A DNA stretch of 64,000 bases, from the NCBI GenBank assembly GCA_013265495.1, contig MU058198.1, positions 6,339,779-6,403,778 of the forward strand, written 5' to 3'. The stretch is from Vicugna vicugna. Its lineage: Eukaryota. Positions within the stretch are counted from its first letter, which is position 1; the number at the start of each line of letters is the position of its first letter. Of this stretch, positions 1-12,600 are shown one piece after another. A program made the position numbers and the translations under genes. The notes below the pieces were generated by a model. That model was not told the DNA's origin. It saw only the letters and a program-made list of their open reading frames with translations, and searched no databases.

Positions 1-160
1 AACCTCTCTGTGCCTCTGTTTTCTCATCTGTAAAATGGGCATAATAATAGTACCTTCTTCAGAGGATTATTCTGAGGATTCTTAAATTTCTACACACAAA
101 GCCTGGCAAGTAGTAAATGTTTGATAAGTGTGAGTCACATTATAATCTTTATTATCATTA
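1..160 (+). mobile_element. MIR SINE (many further copies, e.g. ~2620-2810, ~6180-6340, ~23220-23400, ~38880-39000, ~49570-49780, ~52650-52850, ~54230-54440)
   Basis: aacctctctgtgcctctgttttctcatctgtaaaatgggcataataatagtacct MIR core. Confidence 0.85.
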
Positions 161-166
161 TTTGGC

Positions 167-470
167 ATGGTAGGCAGGATAAGGCTCCCAAAGACATCCA
201 CGCCCTAACCCCTAGTCCTCAGAACCTGTAAGGATGCTACTTTCCATAACAAAAGGGACTTTGTAAATGTAATTAAAGTTGCCTTTCTTGAGATGGGGAG
301 ATTATCTGGGATTATCCAAGTGGACCCAATGTAATCGCATGAGTCTTTAAAAGAACAGAAACTTTCCCAGCTGTGAAAGCACTCAATCACCATTGCTGGC
401 TTTGAAGATGGAAGAAGAGGTCGCAAACCCAGAACATGGTGATCTATAGAAGCTGAGAACAGTTGCACCT
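167..470 (+). mobile_element. MLT1 (ERVL-MaLR) LTR fragment
   Basis: aaaagggactttgtaaatgtaattaa...gagatggggagattatctgggattatccaagtggacccaatgtaatc. Confidence 0.8.
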
Positions 471-3400
471 GCTTGTCCTCTTCCCCAGATATCCGTGACA
501 GTGGAAAAACTGTCCTATCCTGGCTGCCAGCACCAGAGCTGCTCTGGGGGACAGAAATGACTGTTGAGCAAAATGTTTGGACAAGGGCTCAAATAGAAGG
601 TGAGCGTCCCATCACATGCGCACACACAAGGTTGTACGTTGGCTCCAACAGGGAAGGCTTCAGGGAAGAGGCATCAGGCTCATCTTGGGAAACCCAACTG
701 GAAGGAGGAGGGGCCAGTCAGATGCCAGAAGCTCCCCACTGTGCGATGTCACCTCCCCCGGATCGTCAGTAAAGTCGGCTAAATCCCCCAACGCTCCTGG
801 AAGAGGGGTTTGTCACCATGGAAACCAAAGAAAGGACAGCATCTCGTCTTGGAGCTAACCCCCTTCATTAGGGGAGTCAGCTGTGAGAACCCAGCCCCCG
901 AGTGCACAGGGGGCCTCTGGGAACTTGGAAATAGTAGGGGGTGGGCCCCAGAGAACATATGCTCTGCGGGGAACTGTGCCAGATGTACGTGGTTCTCAAG
1001 GGGCACAGAGGTCCCAGTGGAGAGCTGGTGCTCAGGAGGAACAAATTAGACAGGCTTGCACTGGTACGGGACAGCCTTTCCCACGCTGAATGGCTAGTTG
1101 ACCTTGGAGTGCTGCCCGTGGCAATACCATTTCCTGGCCCCAGGGGCCTTCCATCCCCAGGAGTTCTGCACCCCGCAGGAAGCAAGCTTTTCTGCTCTCC
1201 TGCTCCAGCTCAGTGTATCGATCAACATTCGCCCCTGAAAGGAGACCCGCTCATCCCCCTCCTGCCTGACAGAGTCACAGCTACAGAGGCGCTGGAGTCA
1301 AGAACAGTGGATACGGATGGCGGCAAATATCCCGACACAGGAAATCATTCCTTGGCAACTGGCCTCCAGCAGGAGTGAGGAGAATGTAATCTGGAGCTTC
1401 CACGGGGCCTTGACTGCAAAATCCATATGCAGCCTAACGGCCCATGATTGCCTCTAACGGGAAGTCTGAACAGCATCCAGTCCAAATGGCATCCGCCGTG
1501 CCAGCCCCAGCCCTCTCTGGGATGGAAAAGTGGGTCCGGGAATCTCTGAGGGCAGGGCTGAGGAGGGGGCTCTGCTGGGGTAGCCACGCTCACCGCTGCA
1601 TGGGGGTCCCTGGTGAGAGCTGGCTTCCAGGTCGAGGAACTCACATGCCTCAGGGACCAGGTGATGATGCAGGTGAGTGAAGGGACAGGTATAAGATGAC
1701 TGACACCAAGGGAGTCAGTGACATGAAAGGGAGTGGTGGGGACTATGGAGAACTGGAGAGCACAGGCCCCGTCCAAAAGGGCAGATGCTTCTCAGCTCAA
1801 GTCTGTGTGGCTGTGTGGGACCCAGCACTGCCAGATTCTTGTGTTATCCATGGACCTGAACCCTGACACTTAAGTGAAATCCCCTGATCCTTCCAGTTTG
1901 AAGTGAGACTCCTCTTTGGCCCCAGTATCCACCCCCTCCTCCTCTGACTGCTGGAATCTGGCCACGGCCGTGGTCCATCCTGGACCATGCGGACAAGGGC
2001 AGTATGTTGGAGATGGCAGAGCAAGTATCTAGAAAATTCCTGGGTCCCCAGTGTGGAGGTGAGATGCCTTACAAGTTCAGACTTCTACGTGAGAGAGGGA
2101 AAAAAAGCTGTCACATTTAAGCCACTGTTATTTGGGGGGTGTTTGGCTCAGCGGTCAGGTTTAAAATCCTGACTAATACACTTTTGGCCACAAATGCCAC
2201 TGCAGGATACTAAGTGAGCCCAGCCACTCTGTCAGCCAGCGAGGGCCAGTCTGCAGCCCTGACCCGAGGTGATGTTCTAAATGGAACCTGGACCGTGTGA
2301 CTCCCCTGTTTATGAGCCTCTGAGAGTTCCTGTCAGCTCAACAAAGTCCCAACTCCCTGACACCCCAAAGCAGGGCTTCCACAACCAACCCCACATTTGG
2401 TTCCATCTTTTACACTCCCACACGGTCGCTATAGCTACTCCAAACTACCCACAGTTTCTAAGTTTTCAAGGTCACCGCCTCCTCCAGGCAGCCATCCGCT
2501 CCCCCAGGGCTGAGTCAGTCCCGCCCTCCTCTGCCCTCCCACCACCCCTTAAACATACCCTATTAATACCCTATTATAGCACACATCATGTGGTATTCTA
2601 ATTGCATCAAGCTGTGAAAGCCAGGGCTCTAGAGGCAGACAGACTGAAATCTCAGAACCTAAACTCACAAGCTGTGTGATCTTAGGCTGGTTAGTTACTC
2701 AACCTCTCTGAGCCTCAATTTCCTCATCTGTGAACTGGTGATAACATTGAAGAAACGTGTAACAAGTAAAGACAGAATACCTGTGTGCCAGGTGTTCCAC
2801 TAAGGACCAAATGTACAAAAATGCACCTGTCACCATGAAGCTTACCAACTCCAGGTAAGGATGAGCTGGAGAGAAAATTTTATACAAAAAAAGTGACTTC
2901 AATGCCGTTGTGATAAAATTTACAGAGGAAAAGTACAATGTGTGGATAATGGGTGTGGGGGAGGGGGTCAAAGAAAGCTTCCTTGAGGAGGTGACACTTA
3001 CGAAGAGACATGAAGTAGGGGCTGGCAGCAGGAAGAAGGACCAGCATATACAAAGGCCCTGGGCCAGGAGGAGAATTTCCTTTTCCAGGAACCCAAAAGG
3101 ATAATGATGGTGATGTTTGAGAGCAGAGCAGTTGTGTCTTTGGGTCTTCAGGGCCTAGATGAGTGCTTGGCACTTAGTAAACATTGATAGATATCTGCCA
3201 AATGAGTGCAAGATTCTGTTCAGAGTCCACCACCCTCTGATTCAATGACTAACTACGTTACCACGCACTGGCTGGGCGTTTGCCAAGCACCGACCATATG
3301 CCAGGTGCTGCGTGGGTCTGAAGGAAGATGCAGGGATGGATCCTGCTCCCAGAGCCGGGAAGTGAGAAGGTAGGGACCCCAAACATGAGGTTAAGGCATC

Positions 3401-4869
3401 AAGGCTTGTGGTAAAGACTAGCTGTCGCCCACCAAAGCCTGTTTCCCTTCTTCCATGGTACTGACGCCACCCAGGCTCCTGGGCAGCAGGCGTGGTCCTG
3501 CAGAGCTCTCACCAATGGCTTGCAAGTCGACACTGCAGGTCAGGGATGAAGACACCAGGCTGGCCTCCTCCACACTCTTTCCCAGCTTCCTGAGTGGCCC
3601 CAGTTTTATCCATGCTGACAACAGGCTGACCTAAGGGATGGCAGAGCAATGACCTGGAAGGAACCGAGGTCCTGAGATGACTGGCAGGGGCAGAGCTGCC
3701 CCACCAACCAGGACTATGACCTAAGAGAAAAACATCTTCTCTGTTCCATAAGCCTCTGGGGGTCTCTGTTACAGCAGCGCAGCCTTACCCTGAGTAATGT
3801 AGCACCAGAATACAGGACAGGGTTCTACGAGTTTGGAGCAGGAGGTGCCACTTTGTGCTACAGGAATCAAGGAAGACTTCCTGGAGGAAGATGGCATCTG
3901 TACTAGAGTTTAAGGAAGTCTATATTCTGAATAAATAAGTGTATGTCCATTGGGGGATTACTAAACAGCTATTAAAGACAATGAAGCAGACCCACAGGTA
4001 CAGACGTGGGGAAATGCCTGAGTTCCACTGTCACGAGAAGAAAACAAAATGAAGAATCAAATGTCCCTGCTTCCATTGCTGTACATGAGAATGTGGGTGT
4101 ACATGGAGAGAAAACAATGGGGAAAACAGGCTAAACTGAGAAGCCAGGCCACAGCACAAGGGAAAAAGAGCACTTCTCTTAATCTTCACTTTTTTGTCCT
4201 ACAGGGTTATTACTACATCTACATTTGCATCTATTACTACAACGAGTAGGTATGATGCTATAATAAAACTTCCCTGTATTTCTAAAGCCTGGCCAGGATG
4301 TGAGCTTTGGGAAAAGGCCTCCGTGGAAGCACCAGTCCTCAAAGTGTGGGGCTCAGGGGCTCTAGTCCCCCCACCTACGGAGGTTAGGAATCCATTTCTA
4401 ATTAGTTAAGTCTGAGCTTAGTGGTGTCGCAGAGACAAAAGCATCAGGGGCAGGGAGTTCGCCCTCTCTGCCTAGGCCAGGAGCAGAGAGACGTGACCTC
4501 ACAGGGCCGGGCCACGGCTAACCAGCGCAGCCTGAGCAACACCCTGTCAGACGCAGGGGAGGTCCCCTGTCTCCTGGGTACAGGGTGGACGGTGACTCAG
4601 GGATGGAAGCCCAGCCCCATAAAAGGTGGCCAGATGACTCCCAGCTGCTTTGACTAGTGACCCCTCACATCTGAGCTGTCCTCAGTCACAAAGGAGAAAC
4701 TGCGGCAGCCCCGCTGGCAGTGGCGAACTTGTCCCCACTGTGTGCTCGAGCCTCTTTGTTACAGCAGCAGACCTTTATCACGACTGGCCCTGGCCTCTGG
4801 GAAAGAGATGGAGCCCTGGGAACTCAGAACAGGAAGAGGCCATGGACATAGAATTTCCTAATCCTAGAA

Positions 4870-5383
4870 CAGGGGTCAGAAAACTTTTCCTGTAAAGAGC
4901 CAGAGAGTAAACATTTCTGGCTTTGTGGGCCATGCGGTGCCTGTCACAGTTACCCAGCCCTGACACTGTGGCAAAAAGGCAGCCATACATGATACATAAA
5001 CAAATGGGCATGGCTGTGTCCCAATAAAACTTTATTTACAAAACAGGTGGTGGCACAACAATGTGGATGTACTTAACACTACCAAACTGGACACTAAAAA
5101 TGGCTGACGCAATCAATTTTGTTATGTGGTTTTTTACAATTAAAAATTAAAATTTGGCAGGGAGGGTATAGCTCAGTGGTAGAGTGCCTGCCTAGCATGC
5201 ACAAGGTCCTGGGTTCAAATCCCCAGTACCTCCATAAACAAACAAACCAACCAACCAACAAACAAACCTAATTACCTCCCCCCTCCAAAATACATTAAAA
5301 TTTTAATTTAAATTAAGAAACAAAAAATTTAAATGGGCAGTGGGTGGGATTTGATCCCTCAGCTGTACTTTGCCCACACCCTG
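4870..5383 (+). mobile_element. MER58A (hAT-Charlie) split by an L1 3' tail (~5055-5150) and the SINE
   Basis: caggggtcagaaaacttttcctgtaaagagccag...aataaaactttatttacaaaacagg, resuming ggatttg...gtactttgcccacaccctg. Confidence 0.8.
5161..5322 (+). mobile_element. tRNA-derived SINE (camelid Vic-type) with A/C-rich tail
   Basis: ggagggtatagctcagtggtagag (A box) ... gtcctgggttcaaatcccc (B box), (AAAC/AACC)n tail. Flanking imperfect direct repeat aaaaattaaaatttggcag / aaaaatttaaatgggcag. Confidence 0.9.
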
Positions 5384-6799
5384 GAACACTGGAGCTGGAA
5401 AGACCCTCAGGGGACACAGTTCCTTCTGCTATAAGGCAGGTTCCTTTAGCAAAGTTCCCTCCTCCATGACTGGTAAATAGGGAAAGGATGATGAAATAAC
5501 AGGGAAATTGTGCCCATACATGATTTTCCCCAGCACGCTAATATTTTTAAATAGTCAGGAACAAGTACAGTTTTAAAAATATCCTTAGCAGGATTTGAAG
5601 AACTCAAGAAAAAGACTGGAATTCTGCAGAAATGCCTGCCTTCCCTTGATACAAACAGTCGTTGGAACAGTGGCTTCAAGAACCTCTGTGTTGTCACAGG
5701 GTGAAGCAATCTGGGGACATGGCAAGTTGAGATGAAGAAGCTATGAAGTCCTCCCTTCCTCTCCTGAAACAATGGATTAATGGCCAAGACTACACTTTCA
5801 ATCACATTTTCAGTGTTGATGAAAATGGTCCTGATGAGAAGCCACTGCCCGCCAGGACCTCCATCTCAGGAGGCAGCTGGAGCCTCAGGGTTTAAGGCTG
5901 AATCTTGTGATGACTCTGTGCCTGGGTGTGAATGTGCCTGGCAGGCTGCATGTGCTCAACTGTTTATAAGAATCGTTACTGATTTTGTGATGCTCTGGTA
6001 GATTTTGAGCCATTTACCCCCAACTCTTTTTTCTTCTCATTGTCCCTTTTCTTGTTAGTGCATAATTTTATAGATCTCGAGGCTGTATAGGGGCACATTT
6101 CTGGCATGAGAGCAGTGACGCCTGAAATTTTTCTCAACCCCACTGCACCACTCTTGGATGAGAACTACTAACCGAGAGTGGCTGCTAACATTTATTGAGC
6201 ACTTACTGCATGCTGGCTTTGGGCTAAAGGACTTATATACCCCAACTCTCCACAGTAACCCTATGTTATCATCCCTGTTTTAGAAGAGAATACTGAGGCT
6301 CAGAGAAGGTAGGGGACCTGCCCAAGTCAGTAATGAGAGCCAGGGAAGGCCTCTCACATCCTTCCAAATCTTCTTGGCTGCCCCATGTCGTCCCCAACGT
6401 CCTCACCTCCCTGCAGTATACACACCTAAGAATCCGAGAATTTACCTCCATCTGCAGAGTTGATTATTCAAAATACAGAGAGAATCGAAGGAGAGAAGTT
6501 GGATGCTGACCTTTAAGAGAAGTTCCTGCTGACATGGAAGCAAATCGAATCAGGGGCATATTTGATGACTGAGAATATCAAATCGGTTTTTCCCCTTATT
6601 AGGAACTCAAAAATCAGTAGAACCAGAGATAAAGCCATGAGTGAGGCAATGGCCTCATTTTAAGACTTCCCCCCACCAAATAACATTGAGGAGATCATTT
6701 AAAGAAGTATGACTGCTGATTTTTAATGGTAAATGGGACAGAGCACCTTTAAAGAGCAGAGGTCAACTCTGCTTGGCCTCAGGGCCACTCAGAACAGAA

Positions 6800-7360
6800 C
6801 GTGCCCAGTTTGGTGGGCATGTAAGCAACACAAGCATTCAGCCGCTGCTGGAGGAATAGAAATTGGTGCCACCACTTTAGAAAAGGATTTAGCATTACCT
6901 AACCAAGGTAGAGCATGCATTCCTATGACCCAGCAACTCCCCTCAAAAGTACGTGCCCCAGAGCAACTCTTGCCCATGTGCACCTGAGACACGGACAAGG
7001 GTGCCAGAGCAGCCTCATTGGCAATGGCTACAAAATAGCCAGCATCTCAGATGCTCCCGTTTATATACAATTCAAAAACAGGCATAGTTAAACATCATGC
7101 TTTGGGGATACATGGGTGGTAAAGCTATAAAGAACAGCAGAACATGATTAGCATAAAGTTAAGGAGAGTGGTGAGCTTGGGGGAGAAGTGGAGTGCAATG
7201 GAGAAGCACACCCAGGGAGTGTCTAAGGTTTGGTAATGTTCTAATCCTTAACTTGGGTGGCAAGGGTATGGGTATTTTTATTATTATTCATTACACTATA
7301 CACTTATGTCAAACACTCTTTTGTGTAAGTGATATGTTTCACAATTAAATTTTTTAGGTT
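6800..7360 (+). mobile_element. L1ME-type 3' region fragment (others ~3920-4270, ~10140-10990, ~19800-19990, ~55230-55830)
   Basis: aattggtgccaccactttagaaaag...cattcctatgacccagcaactcccctc...ggtaatgttctaatccttaacttgggtgg. Confidence 0.7.
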
Positions 7361-9239
7361 CAGAAGTAAAAAGAAAAGAAAAGAAAGAAAAGAAAATGGC
7401 CTAGGGGTAGAACAGAGCAAATTCGAGCATATGTGGAAGTTTAAGGGGCACCCAATCTCCATACCCTCAGATAACATGCTCAGATAACATACTCAAACAC
7501 TCCCTATAACGTTAGGAATGCAGCTTTTGGTTGAAAGTAAAAATCCCACTAGCAGTGGCTTAAATAACAAAGGCATTCAATTATCTCTAACAAGAAGTCT
7601 GAGTGTAGATGGCTGAGGGTTGATCTAGTGGCTCAGTGATGCAATTCTCCGAAATTCTCCTAGAGGCACAAGATGGCTGCTGCAGCTCCAGACATCACAT
7701 CTTCACCCAACCACTTCCAATAGTAGGAAGTAGGGAAGCAAACAGGATAGTGAGAAAGAATTTCCCCACATGCTCACCTCCCTTTATCAAGGGGAAACTA
7801 TTCCCCCAAAAGTCTCAGCAAAATCCCACTTACATCTCACTGGCCAGAACTGGGTCATTTAACCACTGCCACCCACAAGGGAGGCAGGGAAAGTATCTAC
7901 CCTTTTCAGCCTCCTTGACAGATAGAAAAGGAAGGAGAGGGAATGTACATTAGGCAGGAAACCATAATGCCTATCCCAACTCACCCCTCCTCTAGGCGAA
8001 TGAAGTACATCTGGCCCACTATTGATGCCTTCGGATCTGTCAAATATCCCAGGTCTCACATCATGTGGACACTGGAGTGGATACCACACAGCCCCCAAAT
8101 GAACTGTTGAGATAAGTCTGTTTCCTCTATAAGACACTTGGGAAGGGGTACTCTGAAATGGCTTTGATCTCCAGTCCCCAGCTCATGGCCTGACACAGAG
8201 TGACAAACCTCACCTTGTCAATCAGTGGATGCTGTCAGATGAAGGAAGTCAGCAAGTCCCCCTGCTGTCACGATCTGGTCAGTCGGAACCCTGGTGTATG
8301 ATGGTGATGATGATCCCCAATGCTACAGAAGAGGGAGAAGCTAATCAGGCCACCAGCCACTTTACCCACTGGTTGCAAATCAACTGAAAACTTGAGCTTC
8401 GAGGGCCAACAGTTCACTATGGTGGGGAGCCATGGTAGCAAAGCGCTGAGAGGAGGGAGCGGAAATCCAGGCAGTGCTGGCCCACAGTCTTGCAGACAAT
8501 GACTTCCTGGCACCTGAAAGACAATGGCCCTGGAGACAGGGCATCTGTGGTCCTGTTTGCCAGAGTCCCCACCACTCCCTCTCATTTCTCCAACACTGAG
8601 ACCAAGGGTCGACTGCTATTTATCATCATGCTTACGTGGTTCTTCTCACCCTCGGCCACTTCCCAAATGTGGGCTCCCTATCTGGCCTCATAGGCACTTG
8701 AGTTTTGGCTCCTTGAACTAAAGCACTGAAGACGGTCTAGTTTCCTGTTCTGAGGCGAAAGTAATAAGTCTACTCTCACATCAATGCTCTGGGGCTTTGA
8801 TGTGGTAAGTGATTGATGTCAACGACTCAATGCTTGTTCCCAAAGAGATGAAAATCAGCCCTACCGTCTTGCTGGGCACCAGTCCGCGCAGTGAAGCTGA
8901 CATGCAAAATGGCTATGTGGGGCGCCGTCTTTGTGCAGTGGCTCAAACGCTGCCCTGGCGGGGACTCCAAAGCACAGCCATTCGTGACTATTGTTACATG
9001 GCGTGTCATTCCAGGAAACCTGAGCACCAACTTACAATTACAAAATTAGGAAATAAAATAAAGCCCAGAAGAATTCATGAAGGTTATGCCTTTGGCAGCA
9101 TTTCTGAAATAATGATACCTAGGAAGCTTGCGTGTGTGAGCCATTGTTCTAAGCGCTTTTACACAGATTCCTTCACTTATTCCTCATAAAATCCCTAGGG
9201 GGTGAATACTACTACCCCTGTGACAGGTGGGAAGTGGTA

Positions 9240-9682
9240 AAACCAGCCCCTGCGTGATTCCCCAGGAGCCTCACCTCCTGCTCCCCATGTCCTTGTGCAC
9301 GAAACGGGTGATTAATAGAACACTGCGGAAGTGACAGTTTGTGACTTCCAAGGCCAGGTCACAAAAGGCATCGCAACTTCTGACTTGGTGTCTGGACTGC
9401 CTGCTCTGGGGGAAGCCAGCTGCCACATTGTGAGGACTCCCCAGGCAGCTCCGTGGCAAGGTGCACGTGGAGAAGGGCCCCCTGGCCACTCCCAGCTTGG
9501 CAGCCAAGTGAGGGAGCCACCCTGGAGGCCACCTCCCAGCCCCCGGAAAGCCTTCCGAAGACTTCAGCCCCAATCCCCACCTACTACAGTCCCAGAGTCC
9601 TGACCCATAGAAACCACGAGAGATAATCCACAATTGTTGTTTTAAGCCACTAAGTTTGGGGCAACAATAGATAATTAATGTA
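9240..9682 (+). mobile_element. MLT1F-like MaLR LTR
   Basis: ggggaagccagctgccacattgtgaggactc...tgttgttttaagccactaagtttgggg. Confidence 0.8.
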
Positions 9683-12600
9683 GGCAAGTAAAAGTCAGGG
9701 AGAGAGACAGAAGTTAAAAAAATTGTTCAACTGGAAAATAGCAGAGTCAGGATTTGAACCCAGGCTGTCTTGAGCCCATGCATCTAACCACTCCACCATA
9801 CTGCCCCTCTGGGTGTCTCCAAGAGATTCAGTTTGTGTTTAACTGTATCCATCTCCCTTTCACTGACAACCTACTCTGGGTTCCCAAGGTTACCTGTATT
9901 AACTCATTTCACTTTCCCATCAACTCTGGCAAACAGGTATTATTCTCTCCATTTTATTCTTTCTATTAAAATGTAATTAGCCAAGTAATGCATCAATACA
10001 TCCCTCCTTTAGAAAAATTCAATTAACAGATAAGATCCCTAAATCTCCTTAAAACACTCCCATGCCTGCATCCAGGTTCCTCTCCCAAATTGCCATCACT
10101 TTCGGGAGTACCTTTCCAGATCTCTTTTCCTAGTCATTTATATTCATGCTCATGTCCCAAAAAAATTACCTAGAAGAACAACTCTGGGGTTAAGTCTCAC
10201 AAAATAATGTTGAGCAGGACACCAGTCACAGCAGACTACACGGTGTGACTCCTTTAATGTAAATACAGAACACAGGCAAAATTATACTACAGTGTTTAGG
10301 ACTGCAGTCTTAGGTGGCAAAATTATCAAGTGAATCAAGACAGTGACCACCATAAACTCCAGGACAGTGGGTGCTTCTTGGGGTGAAGGTGGGGGTCATT
10401 GCAGAGGTGGGGGAATTTTGGGGGCAATGTTCTATTTTGACCTCTGAGATGGATAAGCGAGGTTGGCTTTATGAGAAATCACTAAACAGGGCGTCTCTGT
10501 TTTGTGTATCTTTCTGTAAGTATAATTCACAATTTTAAAAGACTTTGTTTAAGAAAATATCTGTTCTCTATTTCTGTTTTATAAAAAATTTCTCATTCTA
10601 TCTTTCTAAACACTGCTTCTGTTCACTCGCCAATAAGTCTATCCATTTGTCACCTGAAGATTCACTTCATTCTTTTTTAACAGTTTAATAGCTGCAGCGT
10701 AATCTACAGAGTGAATATTCCACAATCTACTTTGTCATCCCCTACTGATGAACAATTGGTTTGTTTGTAAATTAAACAAGACTGCAGTGGACCTGTGTGC
10801 TTCCTTAGGAACGACCCTGGCAGTTGGAATGACCGTGGCAAAGGGTATGAACATTGACAGTTTTAATAAAAACACTTGCCAAAATGGAGTTCATTGTGGT
10901 TGCACTGTTTCCTCTCCCACCAGCATTATGTGAGGATCCTCACGTTCCTACATCCTTACCAACTCGTGATACCATCAAAGTGTTCCATTTGGGGGCCACT
11001 TGGGGGAAGGAAAATAGTGCCTCATTCCTGTCCATTTCACAGATGAAGAAACAGAGTCTCCCAGAGCTTAAGCAATTTGCCTGGGACCACAGAGCAACAA
11101 AGCAGCAGCAAGAGGCCTTGAATTCGGGTCTTTTGCCTCCGAACCCAAGCACCTGCCAATACGTGGGGGTTTGCTCCTTAAAGAACAGGTGCTCCTAAGA
11201 CTTGCTGTATGTAGATACCCCCTGCCGAGGGGCTAAATGCAACCCCGATGTCCCCAAGGTCACAACCAGGTGAGATGCATATGGAAACCTGGCCCAGGGG
11301 CTGGCAGGTAGACCACCACCTGCATGGAAATCATCAGGGAGGAAATAAGCTCGAAATGGAATTGACAAGGTGCCGCCGCCAACTCTGATAGTAAATTAGA
11401 TAAACCTGCATCTGACACGATGCATTTAGAGGAGGGGAGCGCCAGGTTCTTAGCTGCTCCCAAGCAACAAGCCGCTGGGAGTAAAAAATAAAACAATCTA
11501 CAAAGCTACAAAACGCAATAATGAATGATAACAGGCCCCAGAACAGCAGGGGAGAATTACTGGAAAATCAGCTAAGAGCCCATCAGATGGGAGGCCTGAG
11601 CGGCTGGCAGCAGGAGCTGGTGGCAAAGAAAGGGCAGGACTTGCAGACAGACATGCCTGGGCGTGAAGCCACTCCCACCCTTGCCAATTAGGAGACCTTC
11701 AACAAGTTCCTGAAGCTCTCAAAGAATCAGTTTCTTTGACTGTAAAAGAGGAATGAAAACAGCACACACTAGCTCCTAGGGCAATTATGTGGATTAAATG
11801 AGATATTGACTAGACAGGGCCCAGGGCCGCCAAGCACAGTTGTTCAGGTTGTGCACAAACAAGGACATTTCCCTGAGGCTGCGAGTGGGGCTGCAGTCGA
11901 ACCCATCCTCCATGCCCCAAGCAAGAGGCTTTTTCAAACTTGCCAGAGCTCCCCATGTGCTGCAGCAGCCCTGAAGGTGCTGGGCACTTAGCACAAGCTT
12001 GATAAATGGAACTGTTAGGATCATGGCAACTTGATTTCCCGCTTGGGGGCTCAGGCCATTCTAACCGTGACTGTGATAAGAGCTCCTCTCCTAGGACCAA
12101 GAGAGCTCCCCTGCAAGGGTCCTGAAAGCAAACCTTGCAGAATTGAGTCGAATGAGTTGTGCTCCCCAAGCAGCCCACGTGGGAAAGGCTGAGGGCTCTG
12201 GTAAGAGCAAATCAACCAGGAGATGCTGTGTCCTGCATCTGCCACGGAGCGGCCTCAGGCCTCTGTCATGGTGAGCCACGTCAGCAGGGAAGGGGGCGGG
12301 AGCCAGGGTGATGGGAGAGCCTGACACTCCCCATATGGGAACTCAGAGGAAGGGCTGGCCTGGGAGGGCCGGAGCCCCGCCTCCAAAGGAAGGGCCATCC
12401 CCAGGGACAGCCTCCATGTCTTTGCTCGTGCTTTTCTTTCTGCCCAAAACACTCTCTGCTTTTTCATTCTCACCCATCCTCCCAGGCCCAGCTCAAATGC
12501 CACCTTCTCCAGAAAACCCTCCCTGGTTCCCCAGGCCCCCACACCCCCATCCCAGGCTAGAAGGGCTAACCGTATCTTATTCATCCCTGTAACTGCCCGC

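Noticed and set aside
5161..5235. tRNA-like sequence (also 30529, 51180)
   Set aside because: A-rich tails, TSDs and broken stems show these are SINEs, not tRNA genes.
7466..7495. 13-bp tandem duplication ctcagataacat(g/a)
   Set aside because: Trivial slippage; no spacer structure, not CRISPR-like.
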